Assembly (NCBI RefSeq): GCF_000195755.1
Contig: NC_002937.3
Location: 3,330,001-3,362,000 of the forward strand
Direction: 5' to 3'
Source: Nitratidesulfovibrio vulgaris str. Hildenborough
GTDB taxonomy: Bacteria; Desulfobacterota; Desulfovibrionia; Desulfovibrionales; Desulfovibrionaceae
Length of the DNA stretch: 32,000 nt
The number at the start of each line of letters is the position of its first letter. Within the stretch, counting starts at the first letter, position 1. Below the pieces are notes generated by a model that did no database searches, was not told where the DNA came from, and was given only the letters and a program-made list of their open reading frames with translations. Positions 1 to 8,133 of this stretch are shown piece by piece. The position numbers were made by a program, and so were the translations under genes.

Positions 1-507
1 GGAAATGAAGTGACAGCGGGGCTCGAAGAGCGTCTCGCGGCGCTCGATGCGGAGTCTGCCGTCGCCGCATCGCCCGAACCGGCACCCGCTGCCGAGTCCG
101 CCCCTCCGGCTGAACCGCTGATGCCCGACGCGGACGCCCTCGGGCGTATCCTGTCCGAGATGCTGGCGGAAGGGCATCCGGCCATGGAATGGCTTGTCGA
201 GCAGGTGCGGGCAGTGGTCATGAACGGCATGTCCGATCATATCGCAAGCGCCGTCGAACGTGCCGTGGAGCAGACGACCGCCCCGATGCGTGACGCACTC
301 TCCGGGGTCGACGCCACCGCCGAAGGCATGGTGGAACTCGACAACCGCCTGAGCAGCCTCGAAGCCACCCGCATCACCGCAGACGACATCGCCAAGCTCG
401 AGTCCGCCCTGCGCGAGGCCCTGCGCGACGACACCGACAAGGCTGCGGCTGCGGCTGCGGCCCGGGTCATCCGTCAGGAAATCGCCGCGCTGGCCGAAAT
501 CCTCTAG
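1..507 (+). CDS. Hypothetical Ala/Glu/Leu-rich protein, probably a C-terminal fragment. The frame is open to the window edge and the first in-frame start is GTG at 10.
   Basis: Frame 1 has no stop from base 1 to TAG 505-507. Third codon positions are mostly G/C, as in the confident genes. It corresponds to the 165-aa track ORF. The sequence is amphipathic and coiled-coil-like with an A7 run. No family recognised. Confidence 0.5.
   Translation, partial: GNEVTAGLEERLAALDAESAVAASPEPAPAAESAPPAEPLMPDADALGRILSEMLAEGHPAMEWLVEQVRAVVMNGMSDHIASAVERAVEQTTAPMRDALSGVDATAEGMVELDNRLSSLEATRITADDIAKLESALREALRDDTDKAAAAAAARVIRQEIAALAEIL
442..459 (+). repeat. (GCTGCG)x3 in-frame hexanucleotide microsatellite encoding part of the poly-Ala run
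   Basis: Read directly: gctgcg gctgcg gctgcg at 442-459, inside the first ORF (..DKAAAAAAARV..). Confidence 0.9.
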
Positions 508-614
508 AAGGCCTTCGACCGGCATACGGGGCTCGAGCCTCGACGACCGGAACACATGGTGGTATGAGACCCGAAAAAAACGGGAGAGGGGCTTGCAGGT
601 TTCTTTCCCGCTTT

Positions 615-675
615 ACCCGTCCGGTCTTGCCGATGTCCGGTCAGGACCATTCCCCCACGGGCGGGTTTTCTTTTT
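615..675 (+). terminator. Possible intrinsic terminator or structured RNA downstream of the first ORF
   Basis: ACCCGTCCG (615-623) can pair with CGGGCGGGT (658-666), 9 bp including one G-U. The loop is large (34 nt). The stem runs into the T-tract TTTTCTTTTT (666-675). The stem is imperfect, so the call is tentative. Confidence 0.3.
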
Positions 676-702
676 CCGGCACGCCAAAACGACGAGGCCA
701 CA

Positions 703-879
703 GTGGACAAGGTACGTAAAGAAGCCCTTCAGGTGACCAAGGAGATTGTGGTCAAGTTCATCGAGACCCAGCGCATCTCGCCAAGCAACATCGGCGAGGT
801 CTTTCCTTCCATCTACGGGGTCGTTCTCCGGACTCTGGTCGAGGACGGCGTTGCCGACAGCGAGGACGAAAAGGCGTGA
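703..879 (+). CDS. Small hypothetical protein (58 aa), not in the ORF track, translationally coupled to ubiE
   Basis: GTG 703 is preceded by GAGG (694-697) with a 5-nt spacer. The frame has an upstream stop at 565-567 and no earlier start codon. There are 58 sense codons with mostly G/C third positions. Stop TGA 877-879 overlaps the GTG start of the next gene (GTGA). Protein: VDKVRKEALQVTKEIVVKFIETQRISPSNIGEVFPSIYGVVLRTLVEDGVADSEDEKA. Confidence 0.45.
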   Translation: MDKVRKEALQVTKEIVVKFIETQRISPSNIGEVFPSIYGVVLRTLVEDGVADSEDEKA

Positions 880-1652
880 GCACGTCCGAAGACACGCTGC
901 GCACGTCGCCAGACACCTTCGACGCGGACTCGGTGACGTCGAAGGGCGCCCCGCAGGAACACGCGCGACAGGTTTCGGGCATGTTCGGGCGCATCGCCCG
1001 CTGGTACGACCTGCTCAACCATGTCCTCAGCGGCGGACTCGACCTCTACTGGCGCTACCGCCTCGTGCGGCAGGTCGTGCCCGGCCCCACCGGACGCGTA
1101 CTCGACCTTGCGGCAGGCACCCTCGACGTGGCCCGCGAGATTCATCGGCAACATCCGGGCATGCGCGTTCCCGCCCTCGACTTCTGCGAAGCCATGCTGC
1201 GGGCGGGGCAACCCAAACTCGTCGACGGCGTACAGGATGTCATCTGGCCCGCCGTGGCCGACGGACGCCGCCTTCCCCTCGCCGACGCCAGTGTGGACTG
1301 CGTGACCATAGCCTTCGGCATCCGCAACATCGTGCCCAGACGCGAGGCGTTCGAGGAGATGCTGCGAGTGCTCGTACCCGGCGGCAGAGCGTGCATCCTC
1401 GAATTCGGCACCGGCAAGACTCCGGTGTGGAAGGGGCTGTACAACTTCTACCTGAACACCCTGCTGCCACTGGTCGGGCGCTGTGTTTCCGGCGATGCGG
1501 GGGCCTATCGCTATCTGGCCGACACCATCATGTCGTTCCCCGATGCCGACGCACTTGCCGCAGAGATGCACGACGCGGGTTTCACGCGGGTGTATCACCT
1601 GCCGCTGACGTCGGGTATCGTACGCCTTCATGTGGGAGAGAAACCCCTGTAA
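876..1652 (+). CDS. ubiE: Demethylmenaquinone/ubiquinone C-methyltransferase (UbiE/MenG family, class I SAM methyltransferase)
   Basis: 258-aa ORF. It has the UbiE-type N-terminal signature VSGMFGRIARWYDLLNHVLSGGLDLYWR and SAM motif I VLDLAAGT. Length is typical for the family. Confidence 0.9.
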   Translation: MSTSEDTLRTSPDTFDADSVTSKGAPQEHARQVSGMFGRIARWYDLLNHVLSGGLDLYWRYRLVRQVVPGPTGRVLDLAAGTLDVAREIHRQHPGMRVPALDFCEAMLRAGQPKLVDGVQDVIWPAVADGRRLPLADASVDCVTIAFGIRNIVPRREAFEEMLRVLVPGGRACILEFGTGKTPVWKGLYNFYLNTLLPLVGRCVSGDAGAYRYLADTIMSFPDADALAAEMHDAGFTRVYHLPLTSGIVRLHVGEKPL

Positions 1653-1849
1653 GGGGAAGGGCCCTCGCACGGGACCGAGAGGGGCACGAACGCCACAGGC
1701 TGGCAGACTCGACCGGTCAGGGACCCGACCGGGAGCACGGACAGGAGGCCGCACAGGCGGCAGGTCAGACAGCCCAACGGTCGGGACACGCTCCGGAAGC
1801 GACACCCGCACGCGGGGGGCATCGCCGGGGAAATCAAACGAAGCGGTAC

Positions 1850-1866
1850 CTGCCAGCAGGTGGCAG
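1850..1866 (-). terminator. Weak candidate terminator for the DUF2065 gene
   Basis: CTGCCA (1850-1855) pairs with TGGCAG (1861-1866) around a 5-nt loop. Read on the minus strand, it is followed by the T-rich gtaccgcttcgtttgatttcc. Confidence 0.3.
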
Positions 1867-1918
1867 TCAGTCCGTGGAGGATGCGGAGCAACAGACGCGG
1901 ATGACCATGAGGGGCGAC

Positions 1919-2122
1919 CTAGCCCAGCCCGCGTGAAAGCCAGACCACGAGAAGCCCGAGGCCCATGCCGCACAGTCCCATGAGCCGCAACACCAGAGGC
2001 GGGCTTGCGGCGAGGGATGTGAGCATGTCCCGCATCCGTTCGGCGAAGAGGAAATAGGGAATGCCCTCGATGATGAAGGCGAGCCCAAGAGCGCAAAGGA
2101 ACGTACCGGCGTCGAAGTGCAT
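1919..2122 (-). CDS. DUF2065/YjeT-like small membrane protein (67 aa)
   Basis: Uses the internal ATG (CAT at 2120-2122) of the 126-aa track ORF. MHFDAGTFLCALGLAFIIEGIPYFLFAERMRDMLTSLAASPPLVLRLMGLCGMGLGLLVVWLSRGLG has two hydrophobic helices and the EG.P pattern of E. coli YjeT. The 59 upstream codons are Arg/Cys-rich and look non-coding. Confidence 0.7.
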   Translation of the reverse strand: MHFDAGTFLCALGLAFIIEGIPYFLFAERMRDMLTSLAASPPLVLRLMGLCGMGLGLLVVWLSRGLG

Positions 2123-2255
2123 GACGCCTTCTCCCACGGGGCGAGCGCCCTGTAAAGCCCCGCAGCGCAACAAGGAACGGGGGCGACGGCACGAACGCAC
2201 AAGCGGGCACGAATCCCGCGCACCTGCCCTCCACCCCGTACAGCAGGATACGAGC

Positions 2256-3578
<1,323 letters not shown>

Positions 3579-3647
3579 CGGCATGACTTTCGCGGCACCG
3601 GCACAAGACCTCATCATCTGCTGGCACGACTGCTGAACGGGCTTCAG

Positions 3648-3667
3648 GGAGGCGAGTTCGCGCCTCC
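3648..3667 (+). other. 7-bp GC-rich hairpin after the dehydrogenase gene and just upstream of a small ORF
   Basis: GGAGGCG (3648-3654) pairs perfectly with CGCCTCC (3661-3667) around a 6-nt loop AGTTCG. No T-tract follows. The left arm overlaps the only SD-like GGGAGG in the spacer. Confidence 0.5.
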
Positions 3668-3672
3668 GTCAG

Positions 3673-3822
3673 ATGTCGCCCGGAGAGACCCTCGTGCTCG
3701 AATACGCAGAAGAACAGCGCGACCACGTGCAGCACCTCGCGCGGGTGCGGCACGCCCGCACCGGCGAAGAGCTGCCGACCGCCGACGGATACTACCGCGT
3801 CATGCTGGAGCGCATCGAATGA
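3673..3822 (+). CDS. Possible small hypothetical protein (49 aa), not in the ORF track, coupled to the futalosine-hydrolase-like gene
   Basis: ATG 3673 is the first start after the in-frame stop at 3634-3636. There are 49 codons with high GC3. Stop TGA 3820-3822 overlaps ATG 3819 of the next gene (ATGA). Protein: MSPGETLVLEYAEEQRDHVQHLARVRHARTGEELPTADGYYRVMLERIE. There is no good SD at the normal distance. Confidence 0.3.
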   Translation: MSPGETLVLEYAEEQRDHVQHLARVRHARTGEELPTADGYYRVMLERIE

Positions 3823-4529
3823 CCCTGATTCTCGCCACTGCCACCGCCTCTGAAATGCGCGCCGTGCTCACCGGCTTCAACGGCCGCGGCAGGGTCGGCT
3901 GTGTCATGCCCGAAGAGGGCCAGCCTGTCGTCTCGCCCGTCAACGAATGCGAGTGCATCCTGCTTGTCACCGGGGTGGGCCCGGTGAACGCCGCCTTCCA
4001 GCTTGGCCGGACACTGGCTGCGAACAAGCGTATCGAAGGTGTCGTCAATCTCGGCATCGGCGGCAGCTTCGACATGGAGAAGGCCCCCCTCTGCCACGGC
4101 GTGCTGGTCGACAGCGAGACGTGGCCCGACTACGGTCTTGCCACGACCGAGGGGACCAGCGCCGAAGCCCTGCGCTTTCCGCTGCATCAGGACGACGCAG
4201 GCACGGTGTGGAACCGCATCGACCTCGCCCCCGTCGCATCGCTGCATAACCTCGGCCTTTCCGTGCCGGAGCACAGCGCCATCGGTGGGGCACTCACCGT
4301 GGCGGCGGCATCGGGGCATCCTGCACGGGCCGAAGAGATGTGCGCCCACGGGGCCCTCATCGAGAACATGGAAGGATTCGCGCTGGCACTGGGGTGCCGC
4401 AAGGCGGGCCTGCCCTTCGTCGAATACCGCATCGTCTCCAACCGCGTCGGCTCACGCGCCGCCGTGGACTGGGCACTCGACGACGCCTTCACCGCACTGG
4501 GCAAGGCCGCCCGCGCCCTCTTCTGCTGA
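3819..4529 (+). CDS. mqnB: Futalosine hydrolase-like nucleosidase (PNP/UDP phosphorylase fold; MqnB or an MTA/SAH-nucleosidase relative)
   Basis: 236 aa. Nucleosidase-family motifs are LVTGVGPVNAAF, NLGIGGSF and ENMEGFALA. It sits immediately upstream of a polyprenyl synthase and near ubiE, which favours the menaquinone (futalosine) role over MtnN. Confidence 0.6.
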   Translation: MTLILATATASEMRAVLTGFNGRGRVGCVMPEEGQPVVSPVNECECILLVTGVGPVNAAFQLGRTLAANKRIEGVVNLGIGGSFDMEKAPLCHGVLVDSETWPDYGLATTEGTSAEALRFPLHQDDAGTVWNRIDLAPVASLHNLGLSVPEHSAIGGALTVAAASGHPARAEEMCAHGALIENMEGFALALGCRKAGLPFVEYRIVSNRVGSRAAVDWALDDAFTALGKAARALFC

Positions 4530-4549
4530 CCTGCAACCCACACAACACC

Positions 4550-5515
4550 ATGCAAGAGCTCAAAGCCCGCATCATCGCCGAACAGCCACGCTTCAACGCC
4601 ACCCTCGCCACCGAGGTGGGCACCCTGCACCCGCTGGTGCAGCCCGTGGCAGCACATGTCCTCAAGGCGGGGGGCAAGCGCCTGCGCCCGTTGCTCACCC
4701 TGCTCGTGGCGCGTGCCCTCGGCTACGCCGACGACGACATCTACCCGCTCGCCTGTTCGGTGGAACTCTTGCATTCGGCCACCCTCCTGCATGACGACAT
4801 CCTCGACGACGCCGACCTGCGCCGGGGCATGGCAGCGGCGCACACCGTGTTCGGCAGCACCGCCACCGTTCTCGCCGGTGACGCGCTGCTGGCCCTCGCC
4901 AACCTCATCGTCGCCCGCTACGGCGACCCGCGCCTCACCGCGTGCATCTCCGAGGCCATCATCCGCACCGCCACGGGCGAGATCGTCGAAATCGCGCATA
5001 TGCGCGGCACAGACCACGGACGAGACACCTATATCGACATCATCACCGGCAAGACGGCATGGATGCTGCGGGCCTCGTGTGAACTGGGCGCCCTGCGTGC
5101 AGGGGCATCCGAAGAGGCCGTCCGCGCCGCAGCCGCCTTCGGCCTCGACCTCGGCATCGCCTTCCAGATAGTCGACGACGCCCTCGACTTCGCCGACCGC
5201 GCCGATACCGGCAAGCCCGTGGGCGGCGACCTGCGGGAGGGCAAGCTCACCCCGCCCCTCATCTACTATCTCGAAACCCTCTCCGGTCCCGAGCGCGAGG
5301 CCTTCATCTCCCGCTTCCGGGACGGGGGGTTCTCCGGCGACGACGTGGCCCGCATCTCCGCAGAAATCCGCGCCCTCGGCATCATCGAGCGTACGCGCGA
5401 ACTTGCCGGAAACTACATCGAGAAGGCCGCCGCTTCGCTCGAGACATTGCCTGACTGTCCCGAACGTCGTACCCTGATGCAGACGCTCGCATACGTGCAG
5501 CATCGCGACAGGTGA
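4550..5515 (+). CDS. ispB: Long-chain polyprenyl-diphosphate synthase (octaprenyl/heptaprenyl type, trans-IPPS)
   Basis: ATG 4550 (MQELKARII..) lies inside the 391-aa track ORF. The first Asp-rich motif is LLHDDILDDAD and the second is FQIVDDALDF. Also has GKRLRP. Length is 321 aa. Confidence 0.88.
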   Translation: MQELKARIIAEQPRFNATLATEVGTLHPLVQPVAAHVLKAGGKRLRPLLTLLVARALGYADDDIYPLACSVELLHSATLLHDDILDDADLRRGMAAAHTVFGSTATVLAGDALLALANLIVARYGDPRLTACISEAIIRTATGEIVEIAHMRGTDHGRDTYIDIITGKTAWMLRASCELGALRAGASEEAVRAAAAFGLDLGIAFQIVDDALDFADRADTGKPVGGDLREGKLTPPLIYYLETLSGPEREAFISRFRDGGFSGDDVARISAEIRALGIIERTRELAGNYIEKAAASLETLPDCPERRTLMQTLAYVQHRDR

Positions 5516-5546
5516 CACGCACCGTCACACGACGCACGGGGGATAC

Positions 5547-8048
5547 ATGGCGGAACACACCAGCGATACGACGACACGCCCCATAGACATCGCAGCCTGC
5601 CTTGAACTGACGTTCCCGCCAGTCACCGTACAACTGGTGCAGGCGCTCGTGGCACCCTACCCGGAACTTGCCACCATAGGTCGCCTCATCGCCATGGACC
5701 CCGTTCTCGCGGCGGCCGTCCTCAACCTCGTCAATTCGCCCTACTATGGTCTCGCCTCCCGCGTGGCAGACCTGCAACGCGCCGCTGCCGTCCTCGGCAC
5801 GCGTGAAGTGCTGAAGCTGGCCCTTTCACTCTCGTTCCAGAAGAAGCTCAGCAGCGCCATCAAGCGCAGCACACAGGCCATGTTCGCCGACTGGCGCATG
5901 GTGGTGTGGTCGGCCATCGCCGCAGAGCACATCGCGCAGACCCTCTGCCCCGACAAGGCGCACCTCGCCTACCTCGCCGCGCTGCTGAAAGACCTTGAAC
6001 TGTTCCTGCGCCTCTGCCTCGACGAGACGGGGCCGCTTGCCGACCGCACCTGCATCACAAGTCTCGACAACGGACAACTCGAAGAGGAGGGCCGCCTGTG
6101 GGGGAACACCCACCCCGACAGGGCCGCCGACATCATCCGGCAATGGAACCTCCCCGAAGAACTGGCCGAAGCCATCGCCCTGCACCATGACCTCGACGGG
6201 CTCGATGGGCACCCACCTCTCGTCCAGAGCGTCATACTGGCCACCCGCTGGAGTGACCTCATCCACGGCAGGGGCACGCACCCCGCCATGCTCATCCGCT
6301 TCGAGATGCTCATCCGCGCACGCCTCGGGCTTGGCGACGAGGGCATGGACGCCCTGCGCGCCTCGTGCGGGCAGCGCTACTCGTCCATGCTGGTCCAGCT
6401 GGGAATCCGCGAGCGCAGCGTGGGCGGCAGGTTGCACGAGACCTCGCTGCGGGCCCTGCAAAGCTACCATTTTCTCAGCACCGAACTGGCGCATGTACAG
6501 GGCGGGCAGGAGGGCATTGCCGCCACACTCGGCCGGCAGCTGCGCTGGTACTGGAATCTCACGTCGTGGGACCTGTCGTTGCGCGTGCCGGGAACCGACG
6601 ACCATGTCCTCTACACCATGGATATGGGCCACGCCGCCCCGCGCCTGCGCCACGGCCCCTGTCCCGCGGGTGAGCTCCCGTGGCGACCGGGCCTCAGCAG
6701 GCAGCCCCTCGTCACCGAGGCCAGCACATGGGGAGAACTGCGCCTTGCCGCCGGGACGCTCGACGCAGAGAGACTCTCCTCGTTCGGGGTCTACTGCCAC
6801 TTCATCGCCCTCGCCCTCGAGATGTACCACCGCGAACAGGCCATTCTCGAAACCAAGGCCGCCACGCTCGACGCCCTGCCCCTCGGCATCACCCTGCTCG
6901 ACAGGGATGGCAGCGCCATCGGTTCCAACCGGCGGATGCTCGACCTCATAGGCTACCCCGAACTCGTCCCGTCCACGCCGTTCATGGAACTCCTGCGGGA
7001 GACGCTGGGGCTCGATCTTTCCGACGACTGGAAGGCCTTGCAGCAGCCCGACGCCCCCCCGCTGCACAGCCGTCTGTTCTGCCCACTCCCCGACGCTGCC
7101 GCACGGCTGGGGGCCCACTGCGCCTACGTGTCGCTCCACCGCCGCGAACATGACAGCCTGCTGCTCATCGAAGACGTGACAGACCTCAGCGAACTTCAGG
7201 CCCAGACGCTTCGAAGGCACGACTTCCTCGAACGGCTTTTCGAGGCGATGCAGGAACTGGTCTTCATCGTCAACGAGACGGGTGTCATCACGTGGGCATC
7301 GCGCAAATGGGGGCGGCTGCTTCAGCAGAACCTCTTCACCATCTCGCGGCCCGCCACGAGTGCCACGCCCTCATGGGACCCCGACACCCTCCATGCGGTT
7401 TCGCCGCAGGTTCCCGTCGAGGTCATGCTCGATGGAGACGGCAACGGTCCGGGACTCTACGAACTCGTGCTGACGCCGCTGGAGGCGCGCGATGACCAGG
7501 GGCGCTCATGGCTGGTCGTGGGGCGCGACCTCAGCACCATACGCCGCCTCGAGGACAAGATACGCCAGCAGGCCATGAACGACGGCCTCACGGGGTTGTT
7601 CAACCATTCCCACTTCCACCTCATCCTCGAACGCGAGATGGAACGCTCCCGTCGCACGGGACGCGGGCTTGGCCTCATCTTCTTCGACCTCGACCGCTTC
7701 AAGCGCATCAACGACACCTACGGGCATCAGGCGGGCGACACCATCCTGCGACGCGTGGCAGCGGCCCTGGCATCGGTGACGCGCAAGGGCATGGACTTCC
7801 CCTGCCGCTACGGCGGCGACGAATTCGCGGTGGTCACCACCGAAATAGAGGCCGAGGCGTTGCAGAGGCTGGCCATGCGCATCCGCAACACCGTTGTCGA
7901 AAGCTGCCGCAACGCCATCGACCTGAGCATGGGCCTCGCCATGCTGAAGCCCGAAGACACCATCGAGTCCTTCGTGGCACGCACGGACAGGGCCAGCTAC
8001 AGGGCCAAGAACCAACCGGGGGGCGACCGTCTGCAATGGGCCGAATGA
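5547..8048 (+). CDS. HDOD - PAS/PAS - GGDEF signalling protein (putative diguanylate cyclase)
   Basis: 833 aa, with GGGGGA upstream of the ATG. The N-terminal HDOD signature is LIAMDPVLAAAVLNLVNSPYYGLASRVADLQRAAAVLG. There are two PAS-like segments (LDALPLGITLLDRDG.., MQELVFIVNETGVITW..). The C-terminal GGDEF domain has an intact RYGGDEF. Confidence 0.9.
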   Translation: MAEHTSDTTTRPIDIAACLELTFPPVTVQLVQALVAPYPELATIGRLIAMDPVLAAAVLNLVNSPYYGLASRVADLQRAAAVLGTREVLKLALSLSFQKKLSSAIKRSTQAMFADWRMVVWSAIAAEHIAQTLCPDKAHLAYLAALLKDLELFLRLCLDETGPLADRTCITSLDNGQLEEEGRLWGNTHPDRAADIIRQWNLPEELAEAIALHHDLDGLDGHPPLVQSVILATRWSDLIHGRGTHPAMLIRFEMLIRARLGLGDEGMDALRASCGQRYSSMLVQLGIRERSVGGRLHETSLRALQSYHFLSTELAHVQGGQEGIAATLGRQLRWYWNLTSWDLSLRVPGTDDHVLYTMDMGHAAPRLRHGPCPAGELPWRPGLSRQPLVTEASTWGELRLAAGTLDAERLSSFGVYCHFIALALEMYHREQAILETKAATLDALPLGITLLDRDGSAIGSNRRMLDLIGYPELVPSTPFMELLRETLGLDLSDDWKALQQPDAPPLHSRLFCPLPDAAARLGAHCAYVSLHRREHDSLLLIEDVTDLSELQAQTLRRHDFLERLFEAMQELVFIVNETGVITWASRKWGRLLQQNLFTISRPATSATPSWDPDTLHAVSPQVPVEVMLDGDGNGPGLYELVLTPLEARDDQGRSWLVVGRDLSTIRRLEDKIRQQAMNDGLTGLFNHSHFHLILEREMERSRRTGRGLGLIFFDLDRFKRINDTYGHQAGDTILRRVAAALASVTRKGMDFPCRYGGDEFAVVTTEIEAEALQRLAMRIRNTVVESCRNAIDLSMGLAMLKPEDTIESFVARTDRASYRAKNQPGGDRLQWAE

Positions 8049-8133
8049 CCCCGGAGGGCGATTGCCTTCCGCCGCGTTTGCCCGTATGGAGACCGCACCC
8101 CGCAACCCACCCCAGCCTTTTCAGGAGACCGAA

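Noticed and set aside
746-2234. Long ORFs 746-1936 (+, 396 aa) and 813-2234 (-, 473 aa) overlapping ubiE
   Set aside because: Both are extremely Arg/Pro/Gly/Ala-rich with no recognisable motifs. They are out of frame with, or antisense to, a gene with clear UbiE signatures. This is the typical open-frame artefact of high-GC DNA.
3614-3630. TGGCAC-containing sequence (tggcacgactgctgaa) as a possible sigma54 (-24/-12) promoter upstream of the mqnB-like gene
   Set aside because: The -12 element is wrong (CTGA where TTGC is expected) and the GC is not at the required spacing from GG. Other TGGCAC occurrences (4384, 13127, 16494, 21928, 30238) lie inside CDSs with equally poor -12 boxes.
4187-7220. 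Minus-strand ORFs 4187-5518 (443 aa) and 5826-7220 (464 aa)
   Set aside because: They are antisense to the mqnB-like/polyprenyl synthase and HDOD-GGDEF genes. Composition is low-complexity, and there is no start context or domain signature.
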